Positions 15,858 through 28,900 of a DNA stretch of 32,000 nucleotides are shown here, piece after piece; position 1 is the first letter of the stretch; the number at the start of each line of letters is the position of its first letter. A program made the position numbers and the translations under genes. The DNA comes from Geotalea uraniireducens Rf4 (GTDB taxonomy: Bacteria; Desulfobacterota; Desulfuromonadia; Geobacterales; Geobacteraceae). The stretch lies in the NCBI RefSeq assembly GCF_000016745.1, contig NC_009483.1, positions 5,040,001-5,072,000 on the forward strand, given 5' to 3'. The notes beneath the pieces are model-generated. The model was not told where the DNA came from. It made no database searches and worked only from the letters and a program-made list of their open reading frames with translations.

Positions 15858-17411
15858 ATGAAAGATATCCCAAAGAAAAATGCACCTTCCAAGCTCAGTC
15901 TTATTCTAACCATCCTCAAAAGTTCAATAACGCATTTAGGTCTTGTTCTGACCCTGCTCTTTTCCCTTACAATCATATTGATTTTCACCTATTTCACGAC
16001 TTATCAGTCAGCCAAGGAACAGATATTGGATGTAGGCGGTGAAATGTTCACCAAGGTAGTAAAGGACGTAATCGGTTTTATGGAGATGATGGACGCGAGG
16101 GTAAAAGCCGGCGAAATAACGCTTGCGGAGGCGCAAGATCTCGTCCGTACGTATGTTAATGGACCAAAGAAACCGGATGGCAACAGGGATATATCAAAAT
16201 CGAAGATGTCAGTGGACGATTACATGTATGTATGGGCTTCTTCCTATAAGCATGATAGAGGCACGCTAACGATGCATCCGTTCAATGTGGAAGGGGTCAA
16301 CGAGTGGAATTATCAAGTGAAAGGCCGCTATACGATTCGAGAATCCTGGTCAAATATTAATAATACCGGCCGTGTTTTCCGCCAGCTGTGGAAAAACCCG
16401 GGAGAACCCGTTTACACATTTATCGCTTATCAGGAGTATTTCGAGCCTTGGGATTGGATTGTGGGATGTGGCGGAAGAGAAGAGATCATATATGAAAGAA
16501 GATTAGGGGGGTTGAAAGGAAAGTTCTTGATAGTAGGCGCGATCTTTTTGTTAATTTCTACCATCCATGTTTACTCTTTCACACGCGTGGAAATCGCTCG
16601 CAGGGAGAGAGAGGAGGAAGTCAGGAAATTAAACAAAGAGCTTGAGCAGCGAGTGAAGGAACGAACGGCACAGCTGGAAGCCACGAACAAGGAGCTCGAT
16701 GCCTTTGCTTACTCCGTCTCCCACGACCTGCGGGCTCCGTTGCGCGCCATTGACGGATTCAGCGCTGCTCTGCTGGAGGATTACAGGGACAAACTGGATG
16801 ATGAGGGAAGAAAATACCTTCGCTACGTCCAGGAGGGAAGTCACGAGATGAGTGATCTCATCGACGGGCTTTTGAAGCTCTCCCGGTCCACGCGTGGCGG
16901 GATAGCTCCGGAGCGTGTTGACCTTTCCGCAATGGCGGTGATGGTGGCAGAGGAACTACGTAAGGCGGAGCCTGACCGTCGGGTGACCATTCACATCGCG
17001 CCGGGTGTGGAGGCCTTTGCCGATCACCGGCTGCTCTGGGTCGTCATGGAGAACCTCCTTGGCAATGCCTGGAAATACACGAGCCAGCGTGCCGACGGCC
17101 GCATTGAGTTAGGCGTCGCAGAACAGCAAGGCAAGGACGTCTACTTCGTCCGAGACAACGGGGCAGGCTTCGACATGGCCTATGCCGACAAACTCTTCCT
17201 TCCCTTCCAGAGGTTGCATAAAACCAGCGAGTTTCCGGGCATCGGCATCGGCCTGGCGACGGTCGAGCGGATCATCCACCGCCACGACGGGCGTATCTGG
17301 GCGCAGGCGGCTGTGGGAGAAGGTGCCACGTTTTATTTCACTCTGGGATTGGAAAGGAACGATGATGAGAAATCGAACTATTCTCTTGGTGGAGGACAAT
17401 CCCAAGGATGA
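15858..17411 (+). CDS. Sensor histidine kinase with a periplasmic single-Cache domain
   Basis: 517 aa. The layout is TM1 (LGLVLTLLFSLTIILIF), a Cache-like periplasmic region (YMYVWASSY...MHPF...WDWIVGCG), TM2 (FLIVGAIFLLISTIHVY), a coiled coil, HisKA (FAYSVSHDLRAPLRAIDGF) and HATPase (NAWKY, RDNGAGFD, GIGIGLATV). Confidence 0.9.
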   Translation: MKDIPKKNAPSKLSLILTILKSSITHLGLVLTLLFSLTIILIFTYFTTYQSAKEQILDVGGEMFTKVVKDVIGFMEMMDARVKAGEITLAEAQDLVRTYVNGPKKPDGNRDISKSKMSVDDYMYVWASSYKHDRGTLTMHPFNVEGVNEWNYQVKGRYTIRESWSNINNTGRVFRQLWKNPGEPVYTFIAYQEYFEPWDWIVGCGGREEIIYERRLGGLKGKFLIVGAIFLLISTIHVYSFTRVEIARREREEEVRKLNKELEQRVKERTAQLEATNKELDAFAYSVSHDLRAPLRAIDGFSAALLEDYRDKLDDEGRKYLRYVQEGSHEMSDLIDGLLKLSRSTRGGIAPERVDLSAMAVMVAEELRKAEPDRRVTIHIAPGVEAFADHRLLWVVMENLLGNAWKYTSQRADGRIELGVAEQQGKDVYFVRDNGAGFDMAYADKLFLPFQRLHKTSEFPGIGIGLATVERIIHRHDGRIWAQAAVGEGATFYFTLGLERNDDEKSNYSLGGGQSQG

Positions 17412-17517
17412 GCTCCTCACGTTGCGAGCGCTTAACAAGTGCCATCTGGCTGAATTGGGACGTTACTGGCTGATCATCAATGAGCCGCCGCGCAAGGAGG
17501 GGGGAAAGACGCAATGA
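17362..17517 (+). pseudogene. Stub of a CheY-like receiver gene (beta1-alpha1 only)
   Basis: MMRNRTILLVEDNPKDELLTLRALNKCHLAE is a typical receiver N-terminus. The ORF then turns into unrelated sequence and stops after 51 codons, before any phospho-acceptor Asp. It overlaps the kinase 3' end and the next gene's start. Confidence 0.5.
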
Positions 17518-18474
17518 GTGGGCATCTTCGTATACTGATCATCGATGATTCCGAGCGAGATGCCCTGCTGTTGGTCCGTGCCCTGTGCAAGGAAGGGCTT
17601 GAACTGTATTCAGAGCGGGTCGACACCGCAGAAGCCATGGAGAGAGCGCTGATGGCTGGACAGTGGGATGTTGCGATTTCCGATTGCCACATGCCGGACT
17701 TCACTGTCGAAGGGGCACTGGCTATATGGCAAAGAGAGGGAAAGGATCAACCCTTCATCGTGGTTTCAGGAGCCATAGGCGAAGAGGAAGCAGTAGCGCT
17801 TTTAAAAGCGGGAGCCCACGATTTTGTCAAGAAAGACAACCTGGCCCGCCTGGTGCCGGCCATCGAGCGCGAACTGCGGGACGCGGCGGACCGTCATGCC
17901 CGAAGAGAGGCTGAAGAGGCTTTGCGCCAAAGCGAGATGCGCCGCCTCCAGCTTCAGGCGGAATTGAACTGTGCGGCCGAAATGCAAAAAATGCTGCTTC
18001 CCCGGGATCCCCTTACTTTAGCCGGCTTTGAAATCGCCGCGTTTTGTACGCCTGCCCGTCAGGTTGGGGGTGATTTCTACGACTGGTATGAGACGATTCC
18101 GGGGATCGTGACCCTGACCTTTGGTGATGTCATGGGCAAAGGAATGGCAGCTGCCATGCTCATGACAACGGTACGGGCCACTCTGCGTGCCGTAACCCTC
18201 CGAGTTCAACCATCGATAGCAGTTCAACTTGCCGAACAGTCCCTCCGTCACGACCTGAACAGTTCAGAAAGCTTTGTGACTCTTTTTTTGGCACGACTCA
18301 ATGTTGATGCCTCTCTAATGACGTATGTGGACTGCGGCCACGGTTTTGCATTCCTGCGGCGCCGTGATGGAATGGTTGAAGAGCTTCTTCCACGGGGCCT
18401 TCCTTTAGGGGTCTCGTCTGTAGAGAAATATCAAGAGGGGGGATGTGTCTTTGAAGAAGGGGATGCCTTCGTTC
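17514..18474 (+). pseudogene. REC-PP2C (RsbU/SpoIIE-type phosphatase) response regulator, 5' fragment interrupted by an IS
   Basis: The receiver is ILIIDDSERD...AISDCHMPDF...KKD. A coiled coil follows, then the PP2C blocks GGDFYDW and GDVMGKGMAAAMLM. Authentic sequence ends at ...EEGDAFV (GTT 18471-18473); the rest of the track ORF (to 18536) is IS-end sequence. Confidence 0.85.
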
Positions 18475-18502
18475 CCCCCTGTGTCAGAATAGTTGTCGCC
18501 TC
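18475..18502. repeat. IS left inverted repeat (IRL)
   Basis: See the mobile-element entry; the core is tgtcagaatagttgtcgcctc. Confidence 0.8.
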
Positions 18503-18520
18503 AGATGGGTTGTTTAGCCA

Positions 18521-18580
18521 CGGTCTTTCGAGCTGAATTGCAACGAGCGTAGCGAGCTTGCGATTCAGCTCGAAAGACCG
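18521..18580 (+). repeat. 18-bp perfect stem-loop inside the IS left end
   Basis: cggtctttcgagctgaat (18521-18538) pairs with attcagctcgaaagaccg (18563-18580), with a 24-nt loop. It lies between IRL and orfA. Confidence 0.6.
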
Positions 18581-18640
18581 GGACCGGCAAAAGCCGGCGA
18601 CCCGTATTTTTTCAACATCTGGGGGCAGCAAGGATCTATA

Positions 18641-19174
18641 ATGACATACACACAAGGATTCAAATCCAGCCTGGTTCGCAAGATGGCCTGCCCTAATGGC
18701 GTCTCGGCCTCAGCTCTATCCCGAGAAGTGGGAATTCCCCAACAATCACTCTCTCGCTGGCTTCGAGACGCAAATGTCGTGAATGAATCTGGTAACTCCC
18801 CAATTTCTGAAGCACCATGGAGAACAATGTCCCCAAAGCGCCCACAAGACAAGTCTGCCGAAGAAAAGCTCAAAATCGTCATCGAAGCCGAGACGGTTGC
18901 CGAAGATCAACTTGGCGCCTTCCTGCGTCGCAATGGAATTCATGAAGCACAGTTACGCGAGTGGCGCGCCATGATGCTTTCGGGGCTGCAAAAACCGTCT
19001 CGGCCTTCCTCAAAAACATCAGAGGAAACTCGCAAAATTCATGCACTGGAAAAAGAATTACTGCGCAAAGATAAAGCATTGGCCGAGGCCGCCGCGATTT
19101 TGATCCTCAAAAAAAAAGTCCAATCGATCTGGGGGGGCGAGGACGAGCCCACGGACAAGAGGAACGGCAGATGA
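18641..19174 (+). CDS. IS3-family transposase OrfA (HTH + leucine-zipper-like)
   Basis: 177 aa. It has an HTH region (ALSREVGIPQQSLSRWL) and a C-terminal heptad region (ALEKELLRKDKALAEAAAILILKKK), as in IS3/IS911 OrfA. Confidence 0.85.
   Translation: MTYTQGFKSSLVRKMACPNGVSASALSREVGIPQQSLSRWLRDANVVNESGNSPISEAPWRTMSPKRPQDKSAEEKLKIVIEAETVAEDQLGAFLRRNGIHEAQLREWRAMMLSGLQKPSRPSSKTSEETRKIHALEKELLRKDKALAEAAAILILKKKVQSIWGGEDEPTDKRNGR
19111..19117 (+). other. Candidate -1 programmed frameshift heptamer A AAA AAA
   Basis: An A9 run at 19109-19117 is read as AAA AAA AAA in the orfA frame. By my translation the orfB (-1) frame is open from 19108 through to the ATG at 19171 (QKKSPIDLGGRGRAHGQEERQM). Confidence 0.5.
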
Positions 19175-20196
19175 TCGGGCAACTTATTGAAGAGGCAACC
19201 CATTCCGGAGCGAGACTTGAATCGGCCGTTGTCGCCATCGGGCTGAGCATTCGCACGTTCCAGCGTTGGAATCTCCAGGATGACGGAGCAGATCGGCGAC
19301 ATGGGCCAGTCGCAGAACCGGCGAACAAGCTGGCTCCGTCGGAGCGGCAGAACATCATCGATATTGCAAACTCCCCGGCGTTTCGGGATATTTCGCCGAA
19401 ACAGATCGTGCCGCAATTGGCCGATCAGGGAATATACGTGGCGTCGGAATCGAGTTTCTACCGGGTGCTCAAAGACGATGGGCTGATGACTCACCGGGAA
19501 CCCTCCCGGCCCGCCACCAGCCGCAAGCCAAAAGAACATGTGGCTACCGGTCCTTGCCAGGTCTGGTCATGGGACATCACCTACTTGAAGAGCCCGATTC
19601 TTGGGCAGTTCTTTTATCTCTACATGATCATGGATGTCTGGAGCCGCAAGATCGTAGCGTCCACGGTGTTTTTAAAAGAATCCAATGACTATAGCGCCAG
19701 GCTGTTTCTGAAAGCCTGTATCAGGCTCGGCATCAATCCGGAAGGCCTGATTCTTCACTCCGACAACGGCGGCCCGATGAAAGGGGCGACCATGCTGGCT
19801 ACTCTCCAGCGCCTGGGCGTAATTCCTTCCTTCAGCAGGCCACAGGTCAGTGACGACAACCCTTTCTCAGAAGCGCTGTTCCGAACCATGAAATATAGAC
19901 CTGGTTATCCGAGTCGGCCTTTTTCAAGTCTGGCAGCGGCCCAGACTTGGGTTGATGGTTTCGTCGCTTGGTATAACACGGAGCATCTGCACAGCGGCAT
20001 TCGCTTCGTCACCCCGGACGATCGCCACTTCGGCCGGGAGAAAGCCATCCTGTTAAACCGCCGGGAGATATACGAGAAGGCCCGGCAACAAAACCCAAAC
20101 CGCTGGTCAAAAAACATCCGAAACTGGGAGCCAGTGGAAACAGTTTATCTTAACCCTGAACCAACGGCGGAAGTCGAACTTCTTGACGCCGCATAA
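19171..20196 (+). CDS. IS3-family transposase OrfB (DDE/rve integrase core)
   Basis: 341 aa. Motifs are WSWDITYL, HSDNGGPM, a DDNPFSEALFRTMKY block and YNTEHLHSGI. It is in the -1 frame relative to orfA. Confidence 0.9.
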   Translation: MIGQLIEEATHSGARLESAVVAIGLSIRTFQRWNLQDDGADRRHGPVAEPANKLAPSERQNIIDIANSPAFRDISPKQIVPQLADQGIYVASESSFYRVLKDDGLMTHREPSRPATSRKPKEHVATGPCQVWSWDITYLKSPILGQFFYLYMIMDVWSRKIVASTVFLKESNDYSARLFLKACIRLGINPEGLILHSDNGGPMKGATMLATLQRLGVIPSFSRPQVSDDNPFSEALFRTMKYRPGYPSRPFSSLAAAQTWVDGFVAWYNTEHLHSGIRFVTPDDRHFGREKAILLNRREIYEKARQQNPNRWSKNIRNWEPVETVYLNPEPTAEVELLDAA

Positions 20197-20206
20197 AAAT
20201 TCAACA

Positions 20207-20234
20207 GAGGCGACAACTACCTTGACACCCGCCG
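20207..20234. repeat. IS right inverted repeat (IRR)
   Basis: gaggcgacaactaccttgacacccgccg; its reverse complement aligns with IRL. Confidence 0.8.
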
Positions 20235-20417
20235 GTTCTGTACAGCGATGGATTGATTGATGCCCAAACAGAGCTTGCTCTCGACAATGTGGCCTTGGCT
20301 GCCCAACTGGAAGGAGCAGCAAATGCTAAAGAAATGGTGGATCGAATAGCAGCGATGATACCGCCTGGGACTACCCTGCCAGACGACTTGACAGTTCTGG
20401 TAGTACGCAAACGTTAG
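20235..20417 (+). pseudogene. REC-PP2C response regulator, 3' fragment after the IS
   Basis: My translation is VLYSDGLIDAQTELALDNVALAAQLEGAANAKEMVDRIAAMIPPGTTLPDDLTVLVVRKR*. LYSDGL and DDLTVLVV are the terminal PP2C/SpoIIE motifs. The fragment is in frame with the 5' fragment once the IS is removed. Confidence 0.85.
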
Positions 20418-20484
20418 ATGGCCGTTATTCTTTTCCACACACTCGTTTAAGAAATTGTATTATATATCAACTCATGGTTTAGCT

Positions 20485-20856
20485 TCAGATGTAAAATCGG
20501 TTGAATTCACGCCCGAAGGACGTGGCTTTGATTGGCCAGAGAACGTTGCATTCCACGATGGTGCTGTTCGGAACATGCGGCTGCAAGCCCTTGATGAGCT
20601 CGATAGGCAGCATGTTCGGCCCATGCGGCTCACCGCTGTGCAACTTGATGCCTATTTTGCCGGTCATACCCTGATTGATTTTTGAATAGATTTTCAGCAA
20701 TCCGTTAGCACTGATATCCTTCGTAAAAAATACTTGGGATTTGCTCTGTCCTGCGGCAACAGCACTACCTATACCTTTAAAATCGCATACGGCAACAGTA
20801 CCCAGCGCAATGGCACTTGTCTTCAGAAAACTGCGACGCGAAATTTGCTTTTCCAT
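20485..20856 (-). pseudogene. Tat-signal DUF362-family protein, N-terminal fragment only
   Basis: It starts with MEKQISRRSFLKTSAIALG (twin-arginine signal). The DUF362-like block VFFTKDIS...KIGIKLHSGEPHGPNMLP...STIVECN follows. The ORF then ends after about 20 unrelated residues. Downstream is AT-rich and non-coding, and typical family members are much longer. Truncation is an inference from remembered family length. Confidence 0.55.
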
Positions 20857-20885
20857 GTTTTCTCTCCTTTTGATAAGAGGTCATT

Positions 20886-23198
<2,313 letters not shown>

Positions 23199-23214
23199 GC
23201 GGCTCCCCCTCGAT

Positions 23215-24327
23215 TCAGTTCAACCCCTTTTTCTCCAGAAATCTGGACATCTGGTCGGCGATTTCGAGATTGTTTAGATCCGACATGAGAAAATGCGTGT
23301 TTCCGTGAATGCCTATCTCGGGCAGATGGACAATAGTGACATCACCTCCGTGACGGTTCACTACATCTCTCCACGTCTTCGCCACCTCAAGGAATACGCG
23401 CCATTGTTCCTGTCCCGGGTTTTGCGAAGGCTGTTTGGGAATGTTATCTCCATAAAAAACAATGATAGGGATTTTGGTGAGCCGCATAAAATCCGCCATG
23501 AGCACAGTGGGCGGAGTGACGGTACGACCTGCGAGTTTTATTGACTCAGGCGCTTCTCCTTCTGGAAAAAGAAAATCTCCGCCCGGTTCAAAGGAAACAA
23601 TGGCGCGGATGTTGTCGTTTTTGATTGCGGTACGCCATCCAGGTCCCCCACTTTGTGAGTGGGTGACGAGAATGCCTTTGCCGATCTTATTGAATAGTTC
23701 CGAAACCGCAGCGACATTTACTTCTGCGTTATAAGGGCCTGTATTGGGAGCCATTTGTCTGAAAAACTGGTTCAAGGTCTCCGGGGCTTTTGAAAACTGA
23801 ACGCCTTCATAAAAATTCGGCCAGGCGCCGAGCCGGAAAATACCAAACCACAATTGTTCGTCCGGGGTAGCGGTAATCGTCGTCGCTTCAGTGCTGCGTG
23901 CCGCGCGACCACGTCGAGGCTGATCAATCAAATACACACCGTATCGCTCGCGCAGAAATATATTCTGGAACCCTTCACGCCCATCGGGAGTGGTTTCCCA
24001 TGTTTTCGCCGTCTGTCCGTGCCCATGCCAGAATACGAGCGGAAACTTTCGGGCGTTTTCCGGTATCTGATAGAAAACAGAGGCATGATCACCGTGAAGC
24101 GTTTGTCCAGCGGGGCTGACTCCTGCGGGGTTGTAAGCGCCTTGCGTTATGGGGTCAAAAGTGCCCGGTTCACTTATGACCGTTCCCCCGACTGAAAAAC
24201 TTCCCTGCTCCTGGATGACCAGTGGCGCGGATATGCCGCTACGCTGGGTGACTGCGCAGGCGGAGAGGCTCAGGCCGCAAAACGTCAGCGTGAGAGCAAC
24301 GACTATCTTCCCAAACTTGATATTCAT
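23215..24327 (-). CDS. Lipoprotein alpha/beta hydrolase
   Basis: It has a lipobox signal ([11 protein letters not shown]) and a nucleophile elbow, [10 protein letters not shown]. Its ATG overlaps the stop of the upstream gene (24324-24327). Confidence 0.78.
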   Translation of the reverse strand: MNIKFGKIVVALTLTFCGLSLSACAVTQRSGISAPLVIQEQGSFSVGGTVISEPGTFDPITQGAYNPAGVSPAGQTLHGDHASVFYQIPENARKFPLVFWHGHGQTAKTWETTPDGREGFQNIFLRERYGVYLIDQPRRGRAARSTEATTITATPDEQLWFGIFRLGAWPNFYEGVQFSKAPETLNQFFRQMAPNTGPYNAEVNVAAVSELFNKIGKGILVTHSQSGGPGWRTAIKNDNIRAIVSFEPGGDFLFPEGEAPESIKLAGRTVTPPTVLMADFMRLTKIPIIVFYGDNIPKQPSQNPGQEQWRVFLEVAKTWRDVVNRHGGDVTIVHLPEIGIHGNTHFLMSDLNNLEIADQMSRFLEKKGLN

Positions 24328-25397
24328 AAGTTGGCTCCTTGCTTCAACGTCTCACCGAAGAACCGGATCAATTTACCCATGGCTTGATTCACATACTGCG
24401 GTTTCCAGTAGGTTTCGATGTGGGTTGCACCGTCAATCAGGAATAATTCTTTGTTTTTCGCGCTGGTCGCTCCTTTGAAGGCACTCTGGGTCATATACAG
24501 GGAATCGGCCTTGCTCCCTGCCATCATCAGTAAGGGTTGGTTGATCAAGTCCATATTGCTGGCGGCATCGAAATTCATTAAATCGAGCAGGCTACTCATA
24601 GTGTATCTGAACGTGGAGTTGGGGTGGGCGTGAGTCTTGCCGTAGTATTCAAAGCCCTGACGATAAAGATCAAAAGGGAGCTTGGCGATTTGTTCATCCG
24701 TCAGCTTGGTATCGGCTGCATAGATAATCTTGCCTCCGGCCGCTTCTTGCGCGCGGGCGGCAGAAGCTTGCTGCAAGCGTTCCTGTATGGTGGCTACTTG
24801 CGAGTCCATAAAGCCGTTGCGTCGTACCAGGCCGGAATTAAACATGCTCAAAGTGGCAACAGACTTAAAACGCTTGTCAGTTTGGGCCGCTTTCAGGGAA
24901 TAGCCGCCACCTCCACAAATGCCAAGCAAGCCTAAACGGTCAGCATCTACGCCAGCATACTGAGTGATAAAATCAGCCATGCCTCGAATATCTTCAATCC
25001 GGTTTGCCGGCTTATCCACATTGCGGGGCAGTCCACCGCTGGCGCCTTGATACGCTGCATCCGCAGCAATGGTGATGTATCCTTGTTCAGCCAGACGCTG
25101 AGCATACAAGCCGGCGACTTGCTCTTTCACGCCACCATTGGGGTGGGCCACCACCGCCGCCGGATATTTATTGTTCGGGTTATAGTTCGCAGGGGTATAG
25201 ACGTTCGCAGAAATATCGATACCATTTAGTTTGTACGTGACTGAATGAATATTGACTTTGCCTCTGACGTTTTCGGTAATCGCTCCGTCATAGGCCAGAG
25301 TAAACGGATTTAGTTTATAGTCTGCGGCCATGGCTGCTCCTGATGAAATACTGATAACTGCTGCCAACAACAACGACACAGTTTTTACGATAGACAT
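24324..25397 (-). CDS. Exported alpha/beta hydrolase, dienelactone-hydrolase-like (Cys nucleophile)
   Basis: It has a Sec signal MSIVKTVSLLLAAVISISSGAAMA and a nucleophile elbow LGICGGGG (GxCxG). Confidence 0.75.
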   Translation of the reverse strand: MSIVKTVSLLLAAVISISSGAAMAADYKLNPFTLAYDGAITENVRGKVNIHSVTYKLNGIDISANVYTPANYNPNNKYPAAVVAHPNGGVKEQVAGLYAQRLAEQGYITIAADAAYQGASGGLPRNVDKPANRIEDIRGMADFITQYAGVDADRLGLLGICGGGGYSLKAAQTDKRFKSVATLSMFNSGLVRRNGFMDSQVATIQERLQQASAARAQEAAGGKIIYAADTKLTDEQIAKLPFDLYRQGFEYYGKTHAHPNSTFRYTMSSLLDLMNFDAASNMDLINQPLLMMAGSKADSLYMTQSAFKGATSAKNKELFLIDGATHIETYWKPQYVNQAMGKLIRFFGETLKQGANL

Positions 25398-25423
25398 TGT
25401 TTTCTCCTTGCCGGCGTGCTCGG

Positions 25424-26305
<882 letters not shown>

Positions 26306-26309
26306 TTAC

Positions 26310-27362
<1,053 letters not shown>

Positions 27363-27485
27363 TTACTCCAGCCAAAGCAAAGGCAGATAGACCAATCCTG
27401 TCGATTTATTGCCTAATACTACTTTATGCTGAAAATTTATTGTAACGCGTAATGGGGTCGGATAGTATTCAAGCAGGAGGAATGT

Positions 27486-28424
27486 ATGATAAACGAGCTA
27501 CCTATAAAGGATATTGGAGATAAAAGCCTGGGAATTGCAGTTGCAGATTTGGTGAAGAGTATTGCCCGATGCACTGAAAAGGGCGAGCTATATACAACTG
27601 CCGTACCTGGCTTGTCACTTTTTAGGCGGGACGAACCGACCGGACCGATCAGCGGCATGTATGAACCGAGTATTTGCATGGCCGTACAAGGGGCCAAGCG
27701 GGTGTTGTTGGGAGACGACTCGTATGTTTATGATGCGCACCATTATTTGATCACGTCCGTTCAACTACCGACGATTGTGCAGATTATCGAAGCGAGCCCG
27801 GAGAAACCTTACCTGGGGCTCAGGCTGAAATTTGATCTGAAAGAGATATCGCAACTAATGATGGACAGCAATCTTCCCCAGCCGCGTGCACAACAATCAA
27901 GTCGCGGCATGGCGACCGGCGAGGTAACACTGCCACTGCTCAACGCCATTCAACGGATGATCGACTTGCTCTCAGAAGAGAAGGACATTCCGATCCTTGC
28001 GCCGGTCATCCAGCGGGAAATCATTTACCGTTTACTTGTGGGGGATCAAGGTGCGCGTCTGCGCCAGATTGCCTCAGCGGGGAGTCAGAGTCATCAGATC
28101 GCGCGGGCAATCGATTGGTTGAAGACTAACTTTACACAGCCGTTGCGTATCGATGACCTCGCTGCGCAGGCCCGCATGAGTAGTTCAACGTTTCATCACC
28201 ATTTCCGATCGATGACCGCTTTAAGTCCGTTACAATTCCAGAAGCAACTGCGCTTGCAAGAAGCAAGGCGTTTAATGCTGGCAGAACATATGGATGCCGC
28301 AACCGCAGCGTTTCAAGTAGGCTACGAGAGCCCTTCGCAGTTCAGCCGTGAATACAACCGGTTGTTTGGTGCACCACCGTTACGAGACATTACGACACTA
28401 CGTCAGATGTCTACCGCTCAATAA
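27486..28424 (+). CDS. AraC-family transcriptional regulator (AraC_N sensor + HTH_18)
   Basis: 312 aa. The N-terminal block is PGLSLFRRDEPTGPISGMYEPSICMAVQGAKRV. The C-terminal tandem HTH is LAAQARMSSSTFHHHFR...GYESPSQFSREYNRLFG. It is divergent from the AKR/hydrolase genes. Confidence 0.92.
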   Translation: MINELPIKDIGDKSLGIAVADLVKSIARCTEKGELYTTAVPGLSLFRRDEPTGPISGMYEPSICMAVQGAKRVLLGDDSYVYDAHHYLITSVQLPTIVQIIEASPEKPYLGLRLKFDLKEISQLMMDSNLPQPRAQQSSRGMATGEVTLPLLNAIQRMIDLLSEEKDIPILAPVIQREIIYRLLVGDQGARLRQIASAGSQSHQIARAIDWLKTNFTQPLRIDDLAAQARMSSSTFHHHFRSMTALSPLQFQKQLRLQEARRLMLAEHMDAATAAFQVGYESPSQFSREYNRLFGAPPLRDITTLRQMSTAQ

Positions 28425-28559
28425 ATTATTGTCAGGAGTAGTATGGATATATTGTCCTTGCTGCTATGGGAGCGTAGATAGCGATGTCTTCATTCTGTAG
28501 CCCAGTCAAAGTGTCCTCCCAGTGCCCAGCACCGTCTTCGTTGGGGAGCCATAAAATTC

Positions 28560-28596
28560 GAGGGGTTAGACGACACGTCTAACCCCTCTTTTATTT
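28560..28596 (+). terminator. Rho-independent terminator
   Basis: Stem gaggggttagacg / cgtctaacccctc (13 bp, loop aca) followed by ttttattt. It lies about 135 nt downstream of the AraC gene stop. Confidence 0.65.
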
Positions 28597-28900
28597 CAGG
28601 TAACCTCTGCATAGCCGGTAGCAAAATCCGGCGATTCGGCCAAACTTCCATTTTCGATGAATTGAGCTCTGCCCTCCAGAAGATCCTCGACACCTCCCAG
28701 GCGCCAATCATGTTTTCGTTAAGGGTGAAATTCCGGTAATAAGGATTCCTGATGCAATGATTCGCTAATAGTGAGTTTTGTAAAGAACCTGATAAAATAA
28801 ATAAAAGAACCGCGGCAGATGATTTCGTTCACTTCGTATCGGTGGGTATCCCCGCTCAGACCGGTTCACAAACCCGGCCCGCAGAAAGGAGTTGAGCATC

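Larger units (their letters stand above)
18475..20234 (+). mobile_element. IS3-family insertion sequence (1760 bp) with orfA/orfB
   Basis: The terminal inverted repeats are ccccctgtgtcagaatagttgtcgcctc (18475-18502) and the reverse complement of 20207-20234, cggcgggtgtcaaggtagttgtcgcctc. They align in register with 21/28 identity. GTTC is directly repeated at 18471-18474 and 20235-20238. Removing the element and one GTTC restores an in-frame PP2C motif. Confidence 0.85.

Noticed and set aside
18474-18536. C-terminal tail (PPCVRIVVASDGLFSHGLSS) of the track ORF 17514..18536
   Set aside because: It is translated from the IS left end rather than from the gene. The ASDGL resemblance to the PP2C motif is coincidental, and the true LYSDGL lies after the IS.
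18480-20227. Alternative IS boundaries at TG...CA with a CCC target duplication
   Set aside because: Joining the flanks under this model puts the 3' fragment out of frame and destroys the PP2C motif. The GTTC model restores the frame and aligns both ends in register.
28490-28711. 73-aa minus-strand ORF
   Set aside because: It runs through the terminator hairpin and has no RBS or recognisable motifs.
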